DNA of 64,000 bases from Candidatus Eiseniibacteriota bacterium. Its GTDB lineage: Bacteria > Eisenbacteria > RBG-16-71-46. The notes under the pieces were generated by a model that saw only the letters and a list, made by a program, of their open reading frames with translations, was not told the DNA's origin and made no database searches. Positions 29,686 through 39,364 of this stretch are shown in pieces. The DNA lies in contig JBBRLX010000001.1 of NCBI GenBank assembly GCA_038231135.1, positions 1 to 64,000 on the forward strand, written 5' to 3'. Numbering within the stretch: the first letter of the stretch is position 1; the number at the start of each line of letters is the position of its first letter. A program made the position numbers and the translations under genes.

Positions 29686-32600
29686 ACCTGATGCTGCACA
29701 GTGCCATCGATGTCGAGCGCTGGCATCGCATCGACTCTGTGCTGGACGTGGCGCTGGAGCTGCCGCCGCACGAGGTGGGGGCCTATCTCGACCGCGCCTG
29801 CGCCGGCAGCCCGGTGCTGCGCGCCGAGGTCGAGGAGCTGCTCGAAGCCGACCGGCGCGCGGCCGGGTTCCTGTCGGTGCCGCCGGCGCTGGTCGCGGAT
29901 GCCTTCGCGGACGATGGCCGGACGGCCGGAGCCGGCGCCAATCCGACGCCGGATTCCGCGGCCCAGGATGCCGCGCCGCCCGCACGCCTCGGTCGCTACG
30001 GGATTCTCGACGAGCTGGGCCGCGGCGGCATGGGGATCGTCTACCGCGGATTCGACGAGACGCTCGGGCGGGAGGTGGCGATCAAGGTGTTGCCTGCCGC
30101 GGTAGCGGAGGACCCGGAGCGGCTGGGACTGTTCCTGCGCGAGGCCAAGCTGCTGGGCGCCCTCCACCACCCGAACATCGCGGGCATCCGCGGCATCGAG
30201 CAGGCCGCGGGGCGTCGCTATCTGATCCTCGAGAAAATCGATGGCTGGACCCTGGCCGACCGGATGCGCGCGGGCCCGCTGCCGGTCGCGGCCGGGCTGG
30301 ATGCCCTGGCCCAGGTCGCGAGCGCGCTCGCCGCCGCCCACGCCTATGGCATCGTGCATCGCGATCTCAAGCCCGGCAACATCATGATCACACCCCGCGG
30401 GCTCGTGAAGGTGCTCGACTTCGGTCTCGCGATGCACGTGTCGGATCACCATGCCGCCCGGCGCGGCGCAGCCGCCGGGGAGGGAGCGTCCGGTTCGCCG
30501 CCGGCCGGGGCGCGGCGCGGCACACCCGGGTACATGAGTCCCGAGCAGGTCCTGGGCCGGCCCCAGGATGAGCGCGCCGATCTGTTCGCGTTCGGGGCGG
30601 TGCTCTATCACGCCCTCGCCGGCGAGCGGGCGTTCCGCGGAGGATCGGTGTACGCCGTGCTCGACGCGACCCTCCACGCGTCACCCGACTTCACGCGGAT
30701 TCCTGAGGAAACGCCGGCGCCGGTGCGCGAACTGCTCGCGAGGCTCCTGGAGAAGGATCCCGCGCGTCGGCCCGCGGATGCCTCGGAAGTCGCGGCCATG
30801 CTGGCCCGGGGCGCCCGCGGCGAGTCGCCCGTTGCTGCGGCGCGCGATTCGCGGGCGCACGGATGGGCCGGAAACGCAGGAGCGGCGAGCTCGTGGTCAC
30901 CTCAGGATTCCCGCGCCGAGGGCTGGCCCGAGCCGGCGACGCCCCTGATCGGACGCGAGCGCGAGATCACGGAGACCCTGGAACTGCTCGAGCGCGCGCC
31001 AATCGTGACACTCACCGGTACGGGCGGCTGCGGCAAGAGCCGCGTCGCCCTCGAGGTCGCGCGTTCGGCGCGTGGCCGCGTGGCGCGGGACCGCGCGCCC
31101 GGCGGCGGGCCCGCGAGCGCGTCAGGCACCGGTGCGCGTCCCGTGTGGTACGCCGATGTGTCCTCGGCGACGGACCTGGCCGCCATCGCGGCGGCCATCG
31201 CCGCCGCGGCCAGGCTGCGCGACCCCGCCGAGACCGGACTCCCCGACGCCCTGGCCGGGCGGCTCGGCGAGCACGGCGGGCTGCTCGTGCTCGACAACGT
31301 GGACCGGGTGCCCGCCGAGTGCGCGGCGCTGGCGGGCCGGTTGCTCTCCGCCGCGGCGGGACTGCGCATCCTGGCCACCTGCCGCGAGCGCCTCGGCATC
31401 GGGGGCGAGCAGACGTTTGCAATCGCACCGCTCGCAGTGCCCGACGCCGACACGCCCGCGCGCCGCGATGCGGTGCTTGCGTTCGCGTCCGCCCGGCTGT
31501 TCGAAGCGTGTGCCGCGACGCTGCCCGGCGGCTTCGAGATCACCGACACGAACGCCGCGCGCGTCACGGCACTGTGCCGCGACCTGGACGGCGTGCCGCT
31601 CGCGATCGAGTTGACCGCGGCGCTGCTGCGCCACCAGAGCCTGGAGGCTATCGTCTCCGAGGTGGCGCACGCCGCCGGCGGCCAGGATCCGCTGCAGGGC
31701 GCTCTCGCGCTCGGGTATCGGCGGCTCGCCGCCGACGAGCGCCGGTTCCTCCGCGCGCTCTCGGTGTTCACCGGAGGCTGGAATCTGGAGGCCGCCGCCG
31801 CGGTATGCGAAGTGGATCGTGACGAATTCGTGGCGCTCGACTTCCTGACGCGGCTTATCGACAAGTCGCTCGTCACGGTGCAGTGCGCCGATCGCATCGA
31901 GCCCCGCTACCGGCTGCTCGAGCCGATTCGCCACTTCGCCGCGACCCAGGCCGGGCTCGCGCAAGAATCACACGCTCTGCGGGCGCGCCACCTGGACTGG
32001 TTCGTGGAGCAGGTCGAGCGCACGTCGCCCGCACTCCAGAGCGGCGCCGATCAGGCGCGTGCCCTCGCCCGGCTCGAAGCCGATCATCCCAACCTGCTGG
32101 CCGCGCTGGCCTCGTGCGAGGACACCGCGGACGGCTCCCGCCAGGCGTTGAGGCTGGCCGGGTCGGTGTGGCTGTTCTGGTACATACGCGGCCACTTCAC
32201 ACGCGGCCGCGAAGCGCTGGCAAGAGCACTCGCCCTGCCCAGCGCCCCGACGCTGGCGCCGGCGCGCGCCCAGGCCATGTACGCCGCGGGCGGGCTCGCG
32301 CTGTTCCAGGGCGACTACGCGGAAGGGCGGCGCCTGAGCCGTGCGGCGATCGAACTCTATGAGCAGCTCCACGACTCGCTGGGTCTCGCGCGATCGCTGG
32401 TACATCTCGGCCTGTGCGAAAGCGGTGAGCAGCGTTATGCCGAGGCTCGCGACCACACCCGGCGAGCCATCGAGATGTTCCGTGGGCTGGGCGAGGAGCG
32501 GCGCCTGTCGGTGGCGCTCAACAACCTCGGGGTGTTCGAGCGCCAGCAGGGCGACTTCGCCGCGGCGTTTCCCCATCACGAGGAGGCCCTCGCATTGCTC

Positions 32601-33035
32601 GAGCAGGCCGGCGACCAGGATGGCATGCTCGTGACGCGCGTGAATCTCGCCCTCGCCTCCACGCGGCTCTGCCGCGAGGCGATCGCCGGGCGGCACATCG
32701 ACGCCGCGCTGGAGCTGGTGCAGGAGCTCAAGGCCCGGCGGTCCGGCGCTGCCGCGCTCGAGGTGGCAGCCGAAGTGCTGGCGAACCGCGGACTCACCGC
32801 CGAGGCCACGCGACTGTTGGGCACCGCGCGGGCGCTGCGAGCCGCGATCGGCCTCGCGCCCGATGCCGGTTGGCGCCGGGTGCTGGACCCGCTCGCGGTG
32901 CGATTGCAGGCGGGATCCGGCTCGGAACGGTTCGAGCGGTGGATCGCGGAAGGAACGGACAGACCGTTCGAGGAGTCCGTTCGGGAGGCGCGGCGATGTC
33001 TTGTGCGCGCGACGATGCTGGAGGGGGGGGCATGA
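29682..33035 (+). CDS. Ser/Thr kinase fused to a P-loop (NB-ARC/STAND-like) ATPase and TPRs
   Basis: LGRGGMGIVY, HRDLKPGN, DFGLA, GTPGYMSPE; GTGGCGKS, LLVLDN, LDGVPLAIEL; ALNNLG TPR-like repeats. Confidence 0.92.
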   Translation: MNLMLHSAIDVERWHRIDSVLDVALELPPHEVGAYLDRACAGSPVLRAEVEELLEADRRAAGFLSVPPALVADAFADDGRTAGAGANPTPDSAAQDAAPPARLGRYGILDELGRGGMGIVYRGFDETLGREVAIKVLPAAVAEDPERLGLFLREAKLLGALHHPNIAGIRGIEQAAGRRYLILEKIDGWTLADRMRAGPLPVAAGLDALAQVASALAAAHAYGIVHRDLKPGNIMITPRGLVKVLDFGLAMHVSDHHAARRGAAAGEGASGSPPAGARRGTPGYMSPEQVLGRPQDERADLFAFGAVLYHALAGERAFRGGSVYAVLDATLHASPDFTRIPEETPAPVRELLARLLEKDPARRPADASEVAAMLARGARGESPVAAARDSRAHGWAGNAGAASSWSPQDSRAEGWPEPATPLIGREREITETLELLERAPIVTLTGTGGCGKSRVALEVARSARGRVARDRAPGGGPASASGTGARPVWYADVSSATDLAAIAAAIAAAARLRDPAETGLPDALAGRLGEHGGLLVLDNVDRVPAECAALAGRLLSAAAGLRILATCRERLGIGGEQTFAIAPLAVPDADTPARRDAVLAFASARLFEACAATLPGGFEITDTNAARVTALCRDLDGVPLAIELTAALLRHQSLEAIVSEVAHAAGGQDPLQGALALGYRRLAADERRFLRALSVFTGGWNLEAAAAVCEVDRDEFVALDFLTRLIDKSLVTVQCADRIEPRYRLLEPIRHFAATQAGLAQESHALRARHLDWFVEQVERTSPALQSGADQARALARLEADHPNLLAALASCEDTADGSRQALRLAGSVWLFWYIRGHFTRGREALARALALPSAPTLAPARAQAMYAAGGLALFQGDYAEGRRLSRAAIELYEQLHDSLGLARSLVHLGLCESGEQRYAEARDHTRRAIEMFRGLGEERRLSVALNNLGVFERQQGDFAAAFPHHEEALALLEQAGDQDGMLVTRVNLALASTRLCREAIAGRHIDAALELVQELKARRSGAAALEVAAEVLANRGLTAEATRLLGTARALRAAIGLAPDAGWRRVLDPLAVRLQAGSGSERFERWIAEGTDRPFEESVREARRCLVRATMLEGGA

Positions 33036-34468
33036 CCACCACGCTGCTTGAGCGCGCCCTGCGCACGATCGACATGGGCCGGGCCGCATTCATACTCGTC
33101 GCTGCGTCGCTGATCGTCGCCGGCTTCGAGGCGCCCCCGGCGTTCGCACGCGACCTCTGCCCGGGGTGCCAGGCCGAGAACGATACCTCGTCTTCACCGG
33201 GCAACATCGGGAGCCCGCGCTGGCCGGTGGACCGGGCGGTCACGCCGCCCATCGTGTTCGTGGCGAAGGACTCGGAGGTGCATTGTGCGCTCCCCGCCGG
33301 CGATACCTGGATCATCGAGACCGTCGATCCCATCCCCGGCGCAGGCGGGTGCTCGATCACGCTCGACGACGCGCACGATCCCCTGATCGCCTATCACGAC
33401 CGGAACGGCATGCTATTCTGGTCGCGTCGGCTGTCCTCCGGCTGGACGAAGGTTCCCATCGACCGCGGCAGCTTCGTTCCGGGCTCGACCTCGATTGCCC
33501 GGGTGCCCGCGGGGCTCGCGATCGCCTACGTGGATGCCGCCGCCGGAATTCTTCGCTACGCCGAGCAGGACGCCAGCGGGGCATGGCACATCGAGAGCGT
33601 GGCGCCGGCCATCGGCGTCGAGGCATACCCGTCGCTCGTGGTCGACGGGAGCCTGCGGGCGATCAGCTACTACGACCCCGCGCGCCACGATCTGCGGCTG
33701 GCCTTGCGCACGATCGTGGGTGGGTGGACCACGCAGACGATCGACAACTCCGCCGACGTGGGCGGCTACAGCAGCCTGGTCGGGCAGCCGTCGCAAGGCG
33801 TCGTCGGCGTGGCGTATTACGACTTCACGCACGGCGACCTGCGCTACGCCCACGGCAGCCCCGGCGGAGGATTTACCGTCCAGACGGTCGATGCCGGCGG
33901 CGACGTGGGCCGGTTCTGCTCGGCCGTCGCGTTCGCCGGGACCGCCCAGGATCATGTCGGGATCACCTATTACGACCGGGACCACGGCGATCTCAAGTAC
34001 GCGCTCCTGCAGGGCGAAACGTGGTCGCTCCTGACGCTCGACGCGGCGGGGGACGTGGGGAGACATGCGAGTTGTGGCGGAACGCTCGTTCCCGGAGACA
34101 CCCTGGGAGTCGCCTACGTCGACAACGGCACGGGTACGCTCAAGTATCTGCTGCGCACGCGTAACGTGACGGCGGTGCCGGCGCCACCCGTGCCGCACGG
34201 CGCCATGCACGTCACCTGGGAGCGGACGAGCGCCGGGGGCCGGATTCGATTCAACCTGGCGTCTGCGGGGCCGGTGCGCGTCACGATCTACGATGCGCAG
34301 GGTCGCCGGATCGCCGCCCCGTTCACGCACGAGTTGCCGGTGGGTGCCGCGGAGGTCGATTGGAACGGGCGGGATAGCCAGGGTCTGGCGGTGCGTTCCG
34401 GCGTGTGCTTCGTGCGCGTGGCGGCGGGCGGGGAGTCCGGAGTGGCGGCGGCGGTGCTGGTAAGGTAG
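33032..34468 (+). CDS. Secreted repeat (beta-propeller-like) protein with C-terminal FlgD-Ig-like domain
   Basis: Repeated W...D..GDVG..S...I.YYD..GDL.YA units; C-terminus IYDAQGRRI..WNGRDSQG..SGV.FVRV. Confidence 0.75.
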   Translation: MTTTLLERALRTIDMGRAAFILVAASLIVAGFEAPPAFARDLCPGCQAENDTSSSPGNIGSPRWPVDRAVTPPIVFVAKDSEVHCALPAGDTWIIETVDPIPGAGGCSITLDDAHDPLIAYHDRNGMLFWSRRLSSGWTKVPIDRGSFVPGSTSIARVPAGLAIAYVDAAAGILRYAEQDASGAWHIESVAPAIGVEAYPSLVVDGSLRAISYYDPARHDLRLALRTIVGGWTTQTIDNSADVGGYSSLVGQPSQGVVGVAYYDFTHGDLRYAHGSPGGGFTVQTVDAGGDVGRFCSAVAFAGTAQDHVGITYYDRDHGDLKYALLQGETWSLLTLDAAGDVGRHASCGGTLVPGDTLGVAYVDNGTGTLKYLLRTRNVTAVPAPPVPHGAMHVTWERTSAGGRIRFNLASAGPVRVTIYDAQGRRIAAPFTHELPVGAAEVDWNGRDSQGLAVRSGVCFVRVAAGGESGVAAAVLVR

Positions 34469-34595
34469 AACCGCGGAGGGGGACTGGCCCCGGATCCGGA
34501 AGCGTGGTGAAATGCGGTGGTCATCCCGCATGCTCATCGCCGCCCACGATCACAACCGCCACCGTCCCTGCTGCCCTGAACAGGAGTCCACGTCG

Positions 34596-36653
34596 ATGAA
34601 GCCGTCCCTCCGTTCGATCGCTGCGCTTGCCTTGTGTGCCGGCGCCGTTTGCGCCGCCGCCGCTGCTCCCAAGCCCGCCCACCCGGCCGCGGGATCCGAC
34701 GTGCTCGCCGCGCACCGCAATACCGCGGTGAGTCCGGCCGCCGACTTCTTCGAATACTCGAACGGACTGTGGCTGCAGCAGCATCCGATTCCCGCCTCCG
34801 AGAACTCGTGGGGCATCGGGCGCGAGGTGCAGAACGAGACTTACGCCCGCCTGCTCACGATCAGCCAGTCGGCCGCGGGGGCACACGCCGCGCCCGGGAC
34901 CGAAGCCCAGAAGATCGGCGACTTCTGGGCGACCGCCACGGACTCGGTGCTTGGAGAGCATGTGGGCCTGGTACCCCTGCGTTCCGAACTGGACCGCATC
35001 GACGCGGTGCGCGACGTCGCCGGCATCCTCGATGCCACCTTCGCGCAACTGCCGCTGGGAACCGGAGCGTTCTTCGGGCTGCGCGTGGGGCAGGACCAGA
35101 AGGCCAGCGACGTGATCGCGGTTGGGCTGGGCCAGGGCGGCCTCGGCTTGCCGGACCGCGATTTCTACTTCAAGCCCGATTCGAACTCGATGCGCGTCCG
35201 CGCCGCCTACCCCGGTCATGTGCAGAAGATGCTCGAGCTGGCGACGCCCGCCGCAGCCGCGCGTCGCGGCGCGGGCACCGCGGTCGTCGCGTTCGAGACC
35301 GCGCTGGCCCGCGTCTCGCGCACCCGTGCCGACCGCCGCGACCCCGAGAAGAACTACAACAAGCTGGGCGTCGGCGACGTCACCGCGAAGCTCACGCCGT
35401 CCGTCGACTGGTCGAGCCGCCTGCCGGCGTTGGGGCTCACGAACGTGACCTACATCATCGTGGGGCAGCCGGAGTTCTACACTGCGCTCGACAGCCTGCT
35501 GCACGCCACGCCGGTCGAGGTGCTCAAGGACTACATGCGCTACCACCTGGTCTCGGCGTACGCCGACTACCTGGGCGGAGCCGTGGAGGCCGAGGACTTC
35601 GCGTTCTACGGCACGATCCTGTCGGGCCAGCAGGTGCAGCGGCCGCGCTGGAAGCGCGCGCTCGACGCCGAGGAGAACGCCCTCGGCATGGTGCTCGGCA
35701 AGTTGTACGTGAAGGAGTACTTCTCGCCGCAGGCCAAGGAGCGGTACAGCCGGATGGTCGAGGACATTCGAACCGCGTATCGCGATCGCATCGGCCGGCT
35801 CGACTGGATGAGCGACGCCACCAAGCAGAAGGCGCTCGACAAGCTGGCAAAGGTCGGCAAGAAGGTCGGCTACCCCGACAAGTGGAAGGACTATTCGGCG
35901 CTCACGATCGGGCGCGAGTCCTGGGCGGCGAACATGATGAGCGCGTCGCGCTGGCAGTTCGCCGACCGCGTCTCGAAGTTCGGCAAACCGGTGGATCGGA
36001 CCGAGTGGAACATGACGCCGCAGACCTACAACGCCTACTACAGCCCGTCCAACAACGAGATCGTGCTGCCGGCCGCCGCATTCGCGATTCCGGGTGTGTC
36101 CGACGCCAACGCCGATGACGCGATGACCTACGGATACGCGGCGGCGTCGACGATCGGCCACGAGATCACGCACGGGTTCGACGACCAGGGCCGGCAGTAC
36201 GACGCCAGCGGCAACCTGAAGAGTTGGTGGACGCCCGAGGATGAGACCAGGTTCAAGGCCCGCGCCCAGCGCATCATCGACCAGTTCGACGCCTACGAGC
36301 CGCTCCCCGGGATGCACATCAACGGCCGGGCGTCGACCGGCGAGAACATCGCGGATCTCGGCGGCGTCCTGCTCGGTCTCGACGCGTTCAAGAAGACCGC
36401 GCAGTACAAGGAGGGTGAATCGATCGCCGGGCTGACGCCGACCCAGCGATTCTTCCTGGGCTATGCGCTGAGCTGGATGGACCAGACGCGCCGGGAGATG
36501 CTGGCCCAGCGGCTGCTGTCCGACGTTCACGCGCCGGCCAAGTGGCGCGTGCTGGGGCCGCTCGCGAACGTTCCCGAGTTCTACGCGGCATTCGGCGTCA
36601 AGCCCGGGGATCCAATGTGGCGGCCGGACAGTACGCGCGTCAGCATCTGGTAG
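34596..36653 (+). CDS. M13 (neprilysin/PepO-family) metallopeptidase
   Basis: Signal peptide after AGGAG; NAYY, GHEITHGFD (HExxH), GENIADLGG. Confidence 0.95.
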   Translation: MKPSLRSIAALALCAGAVCAAAAAPKPAHPAAGSDVLAAHRNTAVSPAADFFEYSNGLWLQQHPIPASENSWGIGREVQNETYARLLTISQSAAGAHAAPGTEAQKIGDFWATATDSVLGEHVGLVPLRSELDRIDAVRDVAGILDATFAQLPLGTGAFFGLRVGQDQKASDVIAVGLGQGGLGLPDRDFYFKPDSNSMRVRAAYPGHVQKMLELATPAAAARRGAGTAVVAFETALARVSRTRADRRDPEKNYNKLGVGDVTAKLTPSVDWSSRLPALGLTNVTYIIVGQPEFYTALDSLLHATPVEVLKDYMRYHLVSAYADYLGGAVEAEDFAFYGTILSGQQVQRPRWKRALDAEENALGMVLGKLYVKEYFSPQAKERYSRMVEDIRTAYRDRIGRLDWMSDATKQKALDKLAKVGKKVGYPDKWKDYSALTIGRESWAANMMSASRWQFADRVSKFGKPVDRTEWNMTPQTYNAYYSPSNNEIVLPAAAFAIPGVSDANADDAMTYGYAAASTIGHEITHGFDDQGRQYDASGNLKSWWTPEDETRFKARAQRIIDQFDAYEPLPGMHINGRASTGENIADLGGVLLGLDAFKKTAQYKEGESIAGLTPTQRFFLGYALSWMDQTRREMLAQRLLSDVHAPAKWRVLGPLANVPEFYAAFGVKPGDPMWRPDSTRVSIW

Positions 36654-36719
36654 AAGGCGCGGCGGCAGCGCATTGAGCTGCATACCACGGCTTATCGGCG
36701 CCGGCGCCCGAGCGCGTCG

Positions 36720-37916
36720 CTATCGGCCCATCAGGTGTGGCAGCGGATCGGCGAGCAGGTAGGGCCAGATCGTCTCGTGCGGAGCGACGAACCCGCTGCC
36801 CAGCGGCCACCGGCAGCACGCGCGCAGCGATGACCTCGCCTGGAGGAATCGCTGCGCGCGCGGGCGTGGCGGCGCGAAGTCGATGCCGAGCGCCGCGAGG
36901 CATGCGAGCTGCGGGAAGTCGACGCCCGCCGCGTGGGACGCCAGCAGGCTCGACCAGTACCGTGGATTGATTTCGAGCACGGACAGGCTGCCGTCGCGCT
37001 CGTCCACGCGCAGGTCGACGTTCGCGATGCCCGACCAGCCGAGTGCCGCAACCAGGCGGCGAACGAGCTTCGACGCTTCCGGATGATCGAGCATCTCGAG
37101 CTGCGTTGGCGTCGAGAAGCCCCTCGCGGCGCCGATCGACTGTTGAACCGTCTGCGCGAGCACCACTCCATCACGGCACAGCACGCTCGAGCCCATGTCG
37201 CGGCCAGGGACGAACTCCTGGACCACGAATCGATGTGCCATTTCCGGATGGGCTTCGAGGAAGCGCAGGAGGGAGTCGGGATCCGCGAACGTACGAATGC
37301 CGTAGCCGCCGGTCATGAGCCGCGGCTTGATCAGCACGGGGAAGGCTCCAAGTTGCCGCTGGAATGCCGCGTCGGCCGTGTACAGCAGCGTCGGCGGATG
37401 CGGAATGGCGGCGTCGCGGAGGATCTCGACGAGACGCCACTTGTCGTCGATCGCGAGCGTGCCCTCGAAGGGAGCCAGTGCGACGCGGCCACGCAGCTCA
37501 TCGCCTCTGGCCTGGAGGAGCCGCATGCCGGTCTGGCAGACCGGCAGCACCACGTCGGCCCGAACGCGATCGATCAGCGTCCGCACGACATCGAAGCGCG
37601 CTTCCGGCTCGCCCGGGGGCATGACGGTGAACGATGCGCAGTACCGCGACCAGTGCACCCGCGCCCTGGCATCGTTCGCGACGACATGGACGCGATGCCG
37701 CCGATGCCGCCCGAGACAGGTGGCGACGGGGAGTGCGAAGTGACTCTCGCCGTCAGGGATGACGATGACGATCTCGCTGGCATCGGGTCGCGCGTGCAGC
37801 AGTGGCTCGGGCATCAACATGTCGTCGTTATCGGCACGCGGATCGCGCGACAGCGGGGAAACATCGTCGGCGGGAGAGGCACGCCGGCGCTCCCCATAGC
37901 CGGCGCTTCGTGACAA
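36720..37916 (-). CDS. ATP-grasp carboxylate-amine ligase (start may be ATG 37820)
   Basis: VLIKPRLMTGGYGI, VVQEFVPG, GIANVDLRVD, LEINPRYWSSL. Confidence 0.88.
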   Translation of the reverse strand: MSRSAGYGERRRASPADDVSPLSRDPRADNDDMLMPEPLLHARPDASEIVIVIPDGESHFALPVATCLGRHRRHRVHVVANDARARVHWSRYCASFTVMPPGEPEARFDVVRTLIDRVRADVVLPVCQTGMRLLQARGDELRGRVALAPFEGTLAIDDKWRLVEILRDAAIPHPPTLLYTADAAFQRQLGAFPVLIKPRLMTGGYGIRTFADPDSLLRFLEAHPEMAHRFVVQEFVPGRDMGSSVLCRDGVVLAQTVQQSIGAARGFSTPTQLEMLDHPEASKLVRRLVAALGWSGIANVDLRVDERDGSLSVLEINPRYWSSLLASHAAGVDFPQLACLAALGIDFAPPRPRAQRFLQARSSLRACCRWPLGSGFVAPHETIWPYLLADPLPHLMGR

Positions 37917-37924
37917 AGCTCAGG

Positions 37925-38491
37925 TCACGGCAGGAGCGGGTCTCGCGGTGCGGCCGCTCTTGCCGCAGCGACCGGCTGGAGCGATGCGAGGTAGGCTCTT
38001 GCATCCTGGACCACGGGTGGCCCGAGCGTTTCGGAGAACAGGTCGAAGGGAACGACCTGGGCGTTTCCGCCCGGGGAATTCGCGCGCAGGTAGAACGCCT
38101 CGACGAACAGGCTGGGCATGATGAGCAGGTTGAGTGTGTAGCCTCCATGCGCCAGCTCCGGCAGCGCGCCCATTTGCTGGATGCGCCTCCAACCCCATTC
38201 CGCCCATTCGCCGTCGAGCATGTTGCGGAACCTGGCGTTCCCATAGTCCCTGGGATTCGTCATCTCACACGATACCGTGCCGATAGGAGGCGGATAGCTT
38301 GCGTAGAAGCGACATCCGGAGGGCGCTTCGGCGGCGGTCCCGAGCGATCGCACCACGGCGTCGAGAGGTATCGCGTACACGGGCACGTGCACGGCGCTGT
38401 CATCCGGTGGCGGCGTTCCGACGAGGTCGAGGAATCCGTCCCGGTAGGTTTGGAGCACTTGCGGCGATGGCGTCACGAACTCGAGCGGCAT
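37925..38491 (-). CDS. Hypothetical protein coupled to the papain-like protease
   Basis: 188-aa ORF starting 1 nt after the protease stop; protein-like composition (PVYAIPLD, CRFY, LLIMPSLFVEAFYL). Confidence 0.75.
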   Translation of the reverse strand: MPLEFVTPSPQVLQTYRDGFLDLVGTPPPDDSAVHVPVYAIPLDAVVRSLGTAAEAPSGCRFYASYPPPIGTVSCEMTNPRDYGNARFRNMLDGEWAEWGWRRIQQMGALPELAHGGYTLNLLIMPSLFVEAFYLRANSPGGNAQVVPFDLFSETLGPPVVQDARAYLASLQPVAAARAAAPRDPLLP

Positions 38492-38492
38492 G

Positions 38493-39086
38493 TCAGCGCT
38501 TTCCCGCGGGGGGCTTCACCAGGAACGAGTACGCCCACACGCCCTGTCCATCCTGGTAGCCACCCTCGTCCCCGCTCTGCGAGGCGAATACTTGGTAGGG
38601 ATGGTGGGAGCGTGACGAGGGGTAAAGCGGGTTGCGGACGAATACGTATGGGGTTCCCCGCGCGGACACCGAGTAACCCACGATTATGATGAAGTGACCG
38701 CGCCCGTCGTCCCGCCAGCGGATGAGCACACAAATCGGGCGGCCGGCGTCGATCTCGGTGGAGATCACGCTGAACGCCACCGGACCTTTGACCCACTTGT
38801 TGTCGTGCGTCCCCGGCGGCTGAGCCAGAACCTCCATGCGTTCGAGGACCTTGTGCAGGTAGCCGGGCCGGTTACACTTCGAACCCCAGCCCGCCCCGGC
38901 ACGCCCGTCCTCGCAGCAGCTCTCCTTGAATTGTTTGCCGACGATCTCGCACTGCGATTCGGGGGCGAGCCCGAAGTGAAGGGCGACTCCTTGCGACACC
39001 GCGGCCCAGCACCATTCCGATGCCTGCTGCTTCGGGAGCCGCAGGTCGAGCGGTTTGGATCTCGGCGTTTCGGGATCGGACTTCAT
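38493..39086 (-). CDS. Papain-like cysteine protease (AvrRpt2/C70- or C39-like), no signal peptide
   Basis: QQASEWCWAA (oxyanion Gln, catalytic Cys), EIDAGRP, GHFIIIVGY (His), VRNP. Confidence 0.88.
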   Translation of the reverse strand: MKSDPETPRSKPLDLRLPKQQASEWCWAAVSQGVALHFGLAPESQCEIVGKQFKESCCEDGRAGAGWGSKCNRPGYLHKVLERMEVLAQPPGTHDNKWVKGPVAFSVISTEIDAGRPICVLIRWRDDGRGHFIIIVGYSVSARGTPYVFVRNPLYPSSRSHHPYQVFASQSGDEGGYQDGQGVWAYSFLVKPPAGKR

Positions 39087-39107
39087 GGATCGATGCCGAT
39101 GGACGGC

Positions 39108-39317
39108 CTACTTCCTGGCGGTCTTCTTCGACGATCGCCGTTTGGGGCCGCCACCGCCAGTGAGGTCGCCGCCGCTACCCTGGTTGCCACCGCCGCCTCG
39201 CATGGTGGAACTGCGGGCGGACGTCTTCGCGGCCTTCTTGCTAGCCGTCCGCTTCTTCCCGCCGCGGTCGCCGCCGCCGCCGGTCAGGTCGCCACCACTG
39301 CCTTGATTGCCTCCCAT
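39108..39317 (-). CDS. 69-aa Gly/Lys-rich peptide with two identical GGNQGSGGDLTGGGG units
   Basis: The two 45-nt units differ at nine positions, all synonymous; fills the gap between kinase and protease. Confidence 0.85.
   Translation of the reverse strand: MGGNQGSGGDLTGGGGDRGGKKRTASKKAAKTSARSSTMRGGGGNQGSGGDLTGGGGPKRRSSKKTARK
39147..39314 (-). repeat. Two 45-bp coding repeats (39147-39191 and 39270-39314)
   Basis: Codon-by-codon comparison: 36/45 nt identical, 15/15 aa identical. Confidence 0.95.
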
Positions 39318-39364
39318 GGACGCCCCCCTGCCAAGAGTGATGTGAATCGGTACCCTGACCGACT

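Noticed and set aside
33023..33030. G8 tract as a phase-variation site
   Set aside because: Explained by Gly codons and the RBS of the next gene; no evidence of length variation.
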